From Rhizaria sp. SCN 62-66 (Eukaryota): a DNA stretch of 64,000 bases. Of this stretch, positions 24,839 through 36,500 are shown piece after piece. A model generated the notes under the pieces. It saw only the letters and a list, made by a program, of their open reading frames with translations, was not told the origin of the DNA and did no database searches. The stretch spans positions 62,001 to 126,000 of the forward strand of contig MEDY01000030.1 in assembly GCA_001724265.1 (NCBI GenBank), in the 5' to 3' direction. Numbering within the stretch: position 1 is the stretch's first letter; each line of letters starts with the position of its first letter. Both the position numbers and the translations under genes were made by a program.

Positions 24839-25331
24839 GATCGCGCTAGGGTAGGGAGCAAACCGGGGCACGTGGGTGGTACAGAGGAGTGGCAGGGAGT
24901 GGTCAACATGACGAAGAGTGGAATGCAACGTGTACGGCAAGTATTATCATAGCTTTGGAGGATTGATAAATGGTTTAGCCAACAAAAACAACTCGTGTTA
25001 AGAAAACAAATCTCCGTGTCATATTTGACGATGGCTTAACAGGGTTTTGGTCATGTCAAAGAGTTGGCTCGAGATCTAGTTCGGCTGGCAACTGGAGGCG
25101 ACCGGGCTCAAACATATGGGCCGATTTCAGGAAGGGTTATCGCAATCACCTCAACGTCAGAGTCTTTTTTATTACTTTGCTACGACACAATAGCTTACAT
25201 TTGATTGCCACGCTAAATTTTGTTTTCTAGAAACAAAACCTTCGCTTAGAACTCGCCTCGGAAATCCCGCCACTAGTCGTTTCTCCTTCACTGCCTTCAA
25301 CGCTCGCTTGCCATCGCCTGCCGTCGCCGCG

Positions 25332-28300
25332 ATGGAGCACATCGGCACCTACACGGGCGCCGAACTGCTTGTGCGCACGGACTTTGGTGAGGAGATTAAG
25401 GTCCCGCACGGCGCGGGCACGTATACTTACCCCGACGGTCACTTCTCGCTCGAGAGCGCCAACTGGTCCCACGGTCGTGTCACTGGCCACGGCACCCTGC
25501 GTCTCGGTCCCCAGCCCTCAACTTCCACCACCGACGCCACTGCATGCACGACTGACGCCACGGGCGCGCGGTATACCGGCGACTTTGTTCGCGGTCAGAT
25601 GACTGGCCAGGGCGAGCGCGTGTGGGCCGACGGCTCCGCCTACCGCGGCGGCTTCCTCCGTGGCGAGCCCCACGGTCCAGGCGTCTGGGCGGGCGCGCGC
25701 GCGGGCGAGCTCTACCAGGGCGAGTTTGCGCATGGACGCCGCCACGGCCCGCGCGCTGTGCTGCAGAGTGCGGATGGATCGGTCCACGCTGGCGGGTTCG
25801 CCGATCACCAGCGCTCGGGTTTCGGTGCTCACATGTACGGCCCAGCGCCGCCCGTCGCACTCAACACAATCACCCCTGCCGATCTGCAGAGCGCCGCGGG
25901 CAGTGATGTGGCGGCCAGCGGCGTGGGCCGTGCGTCGGCCGCGGGCGAGTGGGCTGCCAGCGCGCTGGTGGGCGCCGGAAACGCCGTCGCAGTGCCATTC
26001 ATCATCAGCAACAGCAGCGACAGCCACAGCCACGGTCACAACGGCAATGCCGCTGATGCCGGGAGCGCTGACGCTGACGCCACTGCTGCTGGAACTGAGT
26101 GGCAGGGCAGCGCGCTGCTCGTCGGCACTACCTGTAGCAACTCGCAGGCGCATGCGCAGTGGCAGCCGCAGGCGCAGTAGCAGGCGCTGATGCACAGCTC
26201 TGCCGCCATCTCCTCCCGCGCGCCCCGCGCTCCCGCCACTGCTGCTCCTGCAGTCTCCGGCGCCGTATACGCTCAGCGCGCCCTTGTCCCTGTCCCGGGG
26301 CCGGCCCCCGCGTCCAGCACTGCGAATGAGCCTGCTGCGGTGACCGCGGCGGTCACCGCCGCGGCGGCTGCAGCGGCCGCTGTGGCCGACGGTGCGTTCG
26401 TGCTCACGACGCACACGAGCGCGCACCGTGGCGCCGCGAACGAAACTGAGGGCGAAGGCGACGCTAGTTTGCGCGTGCTGCTGCCCCCCGCGCTGCCACC
26501 TGCGTCAGCGCTGGCGTCCGCAGTCTCAACCACCGGTCCAAACTCTGTTGCGTCTGTTTCTGCGGCGGTCTCAGCGCCTCCGCTGCCGCCGCTGTTAGAA
26601 CTCGTGGCCCGCCGTTACGCCACGCTGCACACACTTGCCACCGCGGCCGCCGTCGCTCCACCCGCCGCCGCGACCGCCGGCGCCGCCGCCGCAGCCGCAG
26701 CCTCAAACGCGTCCGCCACTGCGACTGCTGCTGGGACTGCTCTGCCCCGGCCGACGTCCCCCGCCGCCATCGCCGCCGCTGCGGCTGCCGCAGCACCGCC
26801 CGCGCTGCCCGCTTTCGCACCGCTGCCGCTGCTCCCGCTGCTGAGCGCGCGCGCGACGGCCGCCGCTCTGTGTGCGGCCGCGCACTTGCCGCATTTCGCG
26901 CGCGCCGTGGCCGCCGCTTCCGCCGTGGCCGCCGCAGAGACCGCCGCGGCTGAGGCAGCGGCCGCGAGCAGTAACGTGCGCGGGGGGCCCCGGACGCAGC
27001 GCGCGGCTCTGACAGAGGCTATGGAGCGCGCGCGCGGCGCGTGGCGCGGGTCTGACCCCCGCATCCGCCTGAGCGCGCACGCGTACGCCGCCGTTAACAC
27101 TGATGCTGAGGCGGAGGCCGTGGCGGACTGGGGCGGGCAAGCGCTCGCGCGTCCCGCACGCGTACACATCGCCGCTGCCGCTGCAGACGAGTCAAGCCTC
27201 GGTCTCGCGAGTCCCGAAGACGACTTCATCGGCGGCCGTGATGACGACAGTGGTAGTGCTGCGGTGCTGTCCCTACGGTCGCCCGCGCTTGAGGCCGCGC
27301 TGGCCCTCGCCGCGAGCGCACAGCAGCAGCAACTGCAGCTGCCGCGCGACGCCCCCGCGCGCTCACGCATCGCCGTTGCTGCCGCGCTCGCCGCGTCCCT
27401 CGCGCTGCTGCCCGCCGGCGCTTACGCTCCCTCCGCCGCCGCTGCTGCGGCCGCGCCGGCGCCGGCTCCGCTGCAGCGCCAGCCGTCCTCCGCTGCGATG
27501 GGCCTCTCGCACCCCGTGACGCCGGTGCGCGGCTCCGCAGCCGGCGGCGGCGGCTTCTTTGCCAGCCCCGTCGCCGCCACACCAGCAGCGAACGCAGCAC
27601 TCGGCGCCGCCGCCGCCGGTGGTGGTGGGAATGCGCTCCCGCTGCAAACGTCTGCGCGCGGTGGTGCGCGGCTCTCGACCACGGCGGCCGCTGCAGCCGC
27701 CGCCGCTGCGGCCGCCGCTGTGCCGCCGCCCGCGCTCACGCTGCCGCTGGGCGCCGAAGTGCTTTACGGCCGTTTGCTCCCGCTCTTTGTCGCAGTGCAG
27801 CGACCCGTGCGCAACGCTGCCGTCTCTGTACGGGGTCCGCCCGCGGTCGCAACGGCGGCGAGCACGGCGCAGGCGCTGTGTGCAGGCGAGAGCGGGCGTT
27901 TTACGGCTTTCTCGCTGCTGCCGCCGCTGCCCGCGCTTGTAGATGAAAAAGAGCGCCGCCGCCGTGCACCGCTGCTCGCCGCGCTTCTGGGCGCTTTCGC
28001 CTCGCCCGCCGTCTTCGCTGACCCTGTTCCCGCCTCGTCATTGTCCTCAGCTCCCGGCATTGGCGCTGGTGCCGTGGCCGGTGCGTCTGGCAGCGCTACA
28101 GCCACAGCCGCTGCCGCTGCCGCCGCTGCTGCCTCAGCTGCTGCTGCGGCGGCGGCGGCGCGGCCCGAGGCTAGCGAAGGGACTGTGACGACTGAGGCGC
28201 AACTCGCAGCGCTGACAGACCGGCGCGCGGCCGCGCTATGCTCTTGCCCGCGCCAGGCGGGCTCCGTGCTGCGCGCGCGCGTGCTAGCGCTGCTGTTCCA

Positions 28301-31300
28301 CGTCCACGCGCAGACGCGCGCGCTGGCCACGGCGCCGCTGCCGCCGGCTGAGATCGAGTCCTGGGGCCGGCTGCTTGCCCGCGCGCGCTTCATCGCAGCT
28401 GCCGACGCCGCGCGCGCCACCGCGCCCGCCGCGGCCGCCGCGCTTGCCACGGACAGTCACAACCGCAACGGCGCTGATAACGAGCGTGGTTCTGACGCCG
28501 TGACCGTGGCAGACGTGCTGTGGCTGTGCTCTGGCGCCGGCGCTGTTCACGCTGCGTCTGCGACCGTGAGCGGACTGACCGACGCGTCCGGTGCGTCGCT
28601 GGGCCCCGCCGCCGCGATGCCGCTGCGAAACGCCAACTCTGCACTTGCGCCCACGGACGTTGCGTGGCTGTTGCGGCACGGCTTTGCCGACGAAGCAGAG
28701 CCCGAGACGGAGCCTGAAGACGCGTCTGCCACCAGCGCCAGCAACAGCGTGAGCGCAAACGCAAGCGCAGCGCCGAGCCGCGGTTCGAGCCGTGCAGGCG
28801 CACGCGGCTCTGGCAAGGCGCTGGCCGGGCTTCTCGCGCCGCCTCCGCCTTTGCCCCCGTTGGCCGCCGCGCAGACCGCGTCCGCTGCCCACGCGCGCAC
28901 TCTGCGTCTCTCTGCTTTCACTGCAGCGGGCGTTGACGCAGGCTCGCGGCTGGCGGTGTCCTGCCCCGCTGGCCACTTGCCGTCGGAGCGCGCGCTGCTG
29001 GCCGCGACGTCCGTGCCCGCGGTGCCGTTGCTCGCGCTGCTACTGACTGACCCAGTAGTGCGCGCCGCACTCGGTGGCCGCGCGCCGCTCTCACTCGCCG
29101 CGGTCCAGGCCCTGCTGACCGCCGCGCTTGCGCACGAACGCGCGCTCCGCAGTGCGTGCACCGAAGTCAAGCCGCCTGTCGCCAACGCGCTCTCGCTGCT
29201 CTCCGCGCTGTGCTTTGAGGCAGGGCTGTTGCGCGTGTTTTCGCTCGCGTCCGACGCAGCTGCTGTTCCTGCCACTGGTGGCGTCACTGGCAGTGGCGCG
29301 GCGACAGGTAGCTCGAGTTCAGGCACCAGCTCAGGCGTGGAGAAGGCTGCGGCTGCCGGTGGCGCGGCGGCTGCAGCGAGCGCGGCCGCTCTCGCCCCGC
29401 TTAGCCCCGATGCCGAGCCGGCGCGCTACCCGCTGTCGCCCGCATTTGCCGTCCCCGCGCCCGCTGACGCCGCTGCCGGTGCGATCACGATGCAGCCCAC
29501 GCCCGCAGCCGCAGTGCTACTTGCCAACGCACTCGCTGCTGGGTCTGCCTCCGCGCTCTCGTGGCTGCTGCCTGTCTTTGCCCCCGGTGGCGCGAACGGC
29601 AACACTGCGAGCACTCCGGCGAGCGCCGCGACTGCGCCTGGGGCTTCCCCGCGGCGCGCGGCGGGCGCGGCAAACACGTCCGCTGCGGCCGGCGAGCACG
29701 CTGCATTGGTCGCCGCCGCCGCCGCATCTGCCCGCGCCGCTGCGCTGACCGCTGCCCTGCGCGGCGCGTACCCTGCGGCTCTCGCGCCGCTGTCTCCGTT
29801 GCACGCTGTGCTGGCCGCGCGCCTCCCGGGGCTCGCGCCCGCCCCCGCTGCGCCTATGCCACAGCCCGCGACCGGCCCCGCCGCTGCGCGCGCCGCCCGT
29901 GCCGCCGCTGCCGCGACGCCCTCCAACGGCGGCAACAGCGGCGGCGCTGCTGCTGCGCCCGTTGCGAGCGCGCTCAGCGGCGGCAACGGTGACCGTGTCT
30001 CCGCCGCCGCTGCCGCCGCCGCAGCGACCGCGGCCGCGGCGCTAGTGGCGCCCGCGCTACCGTGGGGCTGCTTGCGAGGCCGTGAAGTCTCCGCTGCAGT
30101 GCTTACGAACCGTGCGCTGCTGCTGGATCTCGAGTGCGCGGCCACACCGTTGCACGCAGCTGCGGTGCTCTGTGCGCGCTACGCTGTGCCCGCGCCGGAG
30201 GACACTGCTGAGGCTGCTGCGACGATCGGCGCCGGCGCCGGTGCCGGTGCGCAGCCGCTTGCAAGTGGTGCGCATGGGCACGGGCACGGGCACGGGCATG
30301 CTCCTCCTGCGTCACCCTCGATGTCTTCCGCTTCTTCATCGTCATCGTCATCGTCGTCCTCTTCGTCAGCGACTTCTGCTGCGTCTGCGGCCGCGGCTGT
30401 GACAGCACTTGCCTCGCAATGCCCGCTATCCGCGCGCGCACAGGCGTGGGTGCGCGCCTCAGCCTCTGCGCTCCTGGCCGCGTCTGAGGCCGACACGGAG
30501 GCTCTGCTGCCCGCGCGCGGCGCCGGTGCGCTGGCGCTGGTGCCGCTGCCGGCGTCACCGTTCTTCCCAACGCCTGCGCCCGCTACCACGCCCGCTGCCG
30601 CCGCCGCCGCCGCAGCCACCGCGGCGGCCGCCGCCGCCAACGTCAGCGCTGCGGCCGCACTCGACACTGTGGCCGCCGTCGGCTCACTCGCGCTGGCCCC
30701 CACGAACGCACTGGGCAGCGCCGCGCAGGAAGCACTGGCCGCGGCGACAGTGCTGGCCGATCTCCGCGTCGGCGCTGCGCTGCACTTGCCGCCCGCTGCG
30801 GTGACCTTGGGCAGCGCTGGCGGCGCGGCGGAGTCGATGCTCGCGCTTTACCGCGAGCCGCTGTTCCCGGCAGCCGCGCTGCCGCAGCCTGCGCCCGCGA
30901 GCGTCGCGCCCGTTCCCGGCGACAGCAAGGCGACGCCGCTGGCCGCCACAGCAGTGCGTGGGCGGTTGCAACGCTCCGACTCTGGCGCGAGCGCTTCTTC
31001 TGCTCCCAGTGCCGCGACTGCTGGCTTGTCCTTGGCTGGCGGCGTTGCTGCGGCTGCGCAGACGGCTCCCGGCTCCGCTGCCGCCGCGGCAGCCGCCGCC
31101 GCGGTGTCCGCTCGCGGCGACCTCGGCGGGCGTCTGGCGCTGGCCGAGGTTGCCCGCGCTACCGCGGCCGCTGGCGACTGTCACGAATGCACCGGCGGCT
31201 GCTGTCGGCTGTCTGCGCAGACGACGAGCCCGCTCGCGCTTGCATTCCCGCTGCTGCTGCCCGCGCTGCCCGCACCCGCGCGCGCGGCGGCGTTGCTGGC

Positions 31301-32817
31301 CGCTGCGGCGCCCGACGCGGCGCAGTCCGAGGCCCTCGCCAAGGTCACGCGCGCTGGGGCCGTGCGCGCGCGCAGAGGCTCTGTGGCCGCGTTTCCGCCC
31401 ATGCCGCCGCTCACGCCCTCCGCTTCTGCTCCCGGTGGCGCCGTGGGCGCTGCGGAGGGCAAGGGCAAGAGCGCGGTGTCGACGGCGAACGCGGCTGCCG
31501 CGGCGGCTGCTGCGACTGCTGCCGCCGCGCACGCCGCCGCAGCCGCAGGCGCTGCGGCAGTGGGTGGAGGCGTGGTTCAGATCGTGCCCGCGCCTCCCAG
31601 CACCAGCCCTGTTACGATCACCGCAACCGCAACCGCGACTGTGAGCGTCACAGTGACTGTGAGCTCATCAACAGCCAAGACCACTAAGAGCAGTAGTGAG
31701 GCGGAGAGTGAGCCGACGCTGGCGCTGCTGCGGTGGGCTGTGGCGACAGACCCGGCGCTGGCGCGGTGGGTGGCTGCGGCACGGCTCAGTCTGCTGCCGG
31801 CGCCTGCTTGGCCGCTCTGGGCTACGCTCGCTACGGCGGTCACGCCCACGCGCCACGGAATCGCGAGTACGTCGATCTTTCTCATAACATGATGAAAATA
31901 ACTGTTTTTAAATCAAATTGCCTCTAAATGAACCGCCATCGTGCTTATATCTTATGTTTCTTTTGTTTCGTCGTATTTTCTGTTTGATAGCCCCATTCAC
32001 GTTCACGGAAGACGCGTCTGTGCTGCTGCCGCCGCTGCCCCGCAGTGTCGCCCAACACCTCGCGCGAGTGCTTCCCGTAGCCGCCCACTCTCTCCCGCTG
32101 CTGCGCCCGCGCCCGGCGCCCGTGCCACTCGCCCCCGCGCCGCTGCTGCTTGCCACCGTGCCCGCCGCCGCCTCCGTCTCTGTTGCCGCGCCGGCCGCGG
32201 TCTCCGGCGCGCCCGGCGCCTCGTTCTCCTCGAATGGCTCTGGAGCCACGAGTACTGGCACTGGTGCAGGGCCGTCACCCACCGCTGGCGGTGCCTCGGC
32301 AGCGTCAGGTGCTCTGGGATCGCCGGTGCGCGCCGTGGGCTCTGTGGCGCAGCAGCAGCAGGCCGCCGTTGCCGCCGCAGCTGCGGCCGCAGCAGCCTCC
32401 GTGGCCGCCGCAGCGCAGACGACTGGGGCGGGTGGTGTTGGTGACGCAGCGCAAGCGCGTGCGGCTGCGCTGAGAGAGCTTCCTGCTGGCGCTTTTGGGC
32501 TACTGCTCATTGATGACGTAACCCCAGCGTCCCACAGCCACTCCGCAACCACCCCCGATAATGGCAGTAACCACGGTCGCAGCAAGGGGCAAGCGCCGCC
32601 GTTGTGCGAAGTCAAGCGTCGCGCCGCTGCCGTCGGCCGCGGTGGCCACGGGTCTGACGAGCTTGAGTGGCCCCGTGTAACGGTCGTGGAGCGCGCGCAT
32701 GGCGCTGCGGTGGCACTGGTGCCGTCGCCGCTTGCCCGCGTGGAGCCGCCTGCGCAGATACGCAGGGGAGCGCCGCGCGCGCCGATGCCTGCGCCGCCCA
32801 AGGCCGTCGCCGAGTAA
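25332..32817 (+). CDS. MORN-repeat protein with a long Ala-rich C-terminal region; exons 25332-31866 and 31991-32817; in-frame TAG at 26178-26180
   Basis: MORN repeats: PHGAGTYTYPDG, YTGDFVRGQMTGQGERVWADGSAYRGGFLRGEPHGPG, YQGEFAHGRRHG, HAGGFADHQRSGFG. ORFs 25308..26180 and 26190..31892 share a frame across CAG-TAG-CAG. A phase-1 GTACGT...ATAG intron (31867-31990) joins in frame to the 31918..32817 ORF. The gene ends in TAA. Confidence 0.72.
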
Positions 32818-33380
32818 ACAGTGTGCAGCAAACAAGCGTCCACGTTAGAGTACATAGTACATGAAGCTCTCTCGTGTTCCAATTATCTTCGAAAACTCTA
32901 ATAATACAAGTTTTAAACATTGTTTTTATGAACGGTATCTGTTGTTTCGTGATGATTTTGACTGTTCGTCACTTACCGCCCAAATTTGTCAATTTTCCAT
33001 TTGTGGTGGATTTGAATGTGAAAGGATTGCGGAGATGAAATCAATCATTTAAGCAGCAAAATGCAAGTATGGCATGTTTCGTTCATTTTTCTCTCTATTT
33101 TTTTGAACATTTTTTGCATCTGAGTCGGATTCACTTCTTTACATTTATGAAAGTATTTTTGACGTGAAAAAAAGCGATCGTCGGAAATCACACCATTAAG
33201 TGTAAAATAAGCGACTTCAACAAGGAATGGTTGAGATTGCGTGAAATTTAAACTATGAGGCAAAAATTACTACATGTTAACGTATAAAGTTGAGACTAGA
33301 TGTTTAAAAGGTATAGAGACAAGTTCAACTGAGTTAACCGAAATGGCCACTTGGACGGTTCCCAAAAAAGCAGGCTTCTT

Positions 33381-33534
33381 CCAAACGGCTCAATCCAACG
33401 GCTAGCAGTTCAAGCTTTGCTAGTTTTCGCATCATATGATCGTTAATTTGAAGTTTGACAGAATGAACGAAATGCCATTGCGATGTTTTTGTTGTTATAT
33501 TATTAACTGTGCTTTTAACTCACATAACCGTTCG
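33381..33534. promoter_or_regulatory. Cluster of AACGG (MSA-like, Myb-type) motifs upstream of the condensin gene
   Basis: CCAAACGGCTC at 33381-33391, TCCAACGGCTA at 33394-33404 (fits YCYAACGGYYA) and CGAACGGTTA on the minus strand at 33525-33534. Confidence 0.4.
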
Positions 33535-33581
33535 TATTTTTGCACTTTCGTTTGGCGCTCGACTGATAGTAGTGGCTCGGG

Positions 33582-36500
33582 ATGGCCGATTTCGTGTTTC
33601 CCGAATCACCGGGGCAGCTCGAGCAGCCCACGACGGACCGTTTCTTCGTACAGACGAAGATGGAGGCGTCACGTCTGAAGGATGACCGCGTGGATCAGAC
33701 GCTGTCCGCGCTGACTGAGCAGTTTGGCGAGCCCGGCGCGGGCACGCTCATTGACTCGCACGGCATCTTCGACCCTGTCTACTCGTGCATCACCGAGCTC
33801 CCTGCACTCTCGCTCTCGTCGCGCGCGCACCTTATGCGCTTTCTCCGCGCTTCCGTGACGCGTTTTCTGTCCGACCTCAAGGCCTTCCCCTGTGACGCCA
33901 ACTCTATCGAGGCTCGCAGCTGCCGCAACTCTGTTAAGATGTACGTTTACCTCCTCTCCGCCCTTACCCTCGCCATCGTCGCCGAGGCCAAGGAGCAGGC
34001 CACCAAGGCCAAGGGCGGCAAGGAGGCGCGCCCCAAGAAGGCTGACAAGGCCGGTGTGGCCTGGGAGCCCGCCGCGGGCTCACGCCAGCTGACCGCGCTC
34101 ATGGTTGCGATCCTGGCTTCGAAGCAGACGTATCTGCTCTTCCCCCAGGGCGTCGTCGACCAGAACCTGGGCACGTTCTGCCTCAAGGCCGCCTTTGCTC
34201 TCTTTGAGGCGCAGGGCCGTCTCCCTTCCCTGCGCTGCGCTGAGGCCGCCGACGACGTTGCCGACTTGCTCGGCCTCGCTGTGGACCGGTTCCGTCAGCT
34301 CGACACGGTGTCGCACTTCCTACTCTCCGTCGTTGTCAACGATGACTACTCCGTCCCCGCGCTCGTCCGCACCGTCGGCACCATCGCCGGCAAGTACCGC
34401 GCGCCCCGCGTTGTCGTTGACCTGCTGGAGCGCCTTGGCTCGCGCAACGACGATCTCAAGCTCGAGCGTTTTGCGACGTTCCTCGAGGCGCTCGGCCGCG
34501 CGCTGCCCGGTCTGTGTCTGGCGAATCTGGGCGCGATTCTCCCACAGCTCAACGCGCAGAACTACCAGACGCGTAACGCGCTTGTGATGCTGCTTGCGCA
34601 GATTATTGTGCACGCGTTTGACCGCAATGGTGACGTCCGTGCTGAGCTCGTTGTCGATGACATGAACGCTGATGCTAACGCTGACGCCGACGCCGACGCT
34701 GACGCCGACGCTGACAGTGATGACGAGGCTGAGGATGCCGAGTCCGAGCCCGAGGGCGACGACAGCAACGACGACGACGATGACGCCGAAGAAGAGGAAG
34801 AAGAAGAGGAGGACGACGACGATGACGGCCGCGGCAGCAAGCGCTCCCGCGCCGCCGCCGCGGCCGCCAAGCGCAAGGCCGCTCTCGCCAAGAAGAAGAA
34901 GCAACAACAGCAGAAGCAGAAACAGGCCAAGAGCAAGTCGGCCCAGAAGCAGCCCGCTGCGGGCACCGCCGTGCTCAGCCGCGCTCTCCGCCGCACGCGT
35001 GACGAGCTCTTCATGACTCTGCTTGACCGCGCGCTCGACGTCAACGCGCACGTGCGCGCTAAGGTGCTCGCGGCGTGGACGCTGCTGCTCGAGGAGCAGG
35101 CCGTGCCGTCGCACCTCGTTGGCCGCGTCGCCGCCGTCGCCGCCGCGCGTCTCAGCGACAAGGCCAAGGTCCGCGTCTTCGCGCTGCGCCTGCTCTGCGC
35201 CGTGATGCAGACCAACGAGTGGGGTGTCGATCTCGCGCCCGCTGCATTCCAACGCGACTTCGCTGCCGGTGAGGCCGCCGCGCAGACCGCGTTCGCCGCC
35301 GTTGCCCGCGCCAAGTCCGCGCTCGAGGAGCACTTCCTCACACACGGCCTGCCCGACTCTACCGACGCAAATGGCGCTGCGGGACAGGGCATGCTGTCGG
35401 TGGCACAGACGCCCGCGCGCGGCGGCCCGCTCGCGTCCCCCAAGGCGGGCTCGGCAGCGCTGCGGCGCACGAGTGTCGGCTCTCTGATGTCCCCCGGTGC
35501 CGACGTGGCGGACCCGGCGGCACGGCTTGCGCGTCTGCAGTCTGCGCTGCGCGCGGCCGAGGCGGCACTGGCCGCCGAGGAGGCGCGTCTGCGCAAGCTG
35601 CAGGACGGCCACGCGCTCGCCCAGGCCCTCGCGGCCGCCACGTCAGAGGTGCGCGCGCTGCTGCTGTCCCGCGCGCCGGAGCTGGCGATCGAGGCCGTGC
35701 AGTTTTGCCTGCGCGCGCGGCAGTTCAACGTTGCGGGCGCCGACGCCGGCGTGCGCGCGATGCTCCCGCTCGTGTGGGCGCGCGACGACTCGTCCCGCGC
35801 AGTCGCTAGTAAGGTCGTCGACGCGTATCAGGAGATCTTCATCGGTGAGACGCCGTTTCCCGGCCCGCCCGCGCGCGCGCTGAAGCGGTCGCTGGCTGTC
35901 GCGCTAGGGCTGTGCGAGCTGGTGCGCGGCGCTTCTCTGGCCGATACCGCGTGTCTTGAGCACTTGCTCGGCGCCATGGTGCTGCGCCGCTCGCTCCCCG
36001 TGTCCGTCGTCAAGGCTCTCTGGGACCTGGTCACGGCCACGCCCACCGCGAGTCTGCCCGACGCCGACGCAGGCCCCACAGTCGTCCCGTGGCAGCGCGC
36101 GGCGGCGCTGCAGGTGCTGGCGATGCTCGGCCGCGCTGACGCTCCCATCTTGGCGTCGCGCGTGCCCACACTGCAGCTCGTCGGCCTGGGCCCGCTCGCG
36201 CGCACGGACCCCGAGCTCGCGTTCCACGCGTGCGCGGCGCTGTCGCACGTCGGCCGTTTCCCCCAGGGCATGGCGATCCGCGAGGCGCTTGTCCACGCGC
36301 TGGTGGAGACCGTCGTGCACAGCTATAAGTTCACGCTTGTTGCTGTCGCCGGCACCGTTGTCCGCCGCCCTGGCGCCGCGCGCGGTGTCGCGTTCACGGA
36401 GGCGGACGTGGCGGCGTCGCTGCAGCACCAACATGCGCGCCAGGCGCAGTGGTACGGCGTCGCTGAGCAGGCCATCGTCGCCATCTCGGAGCTGTCACCG

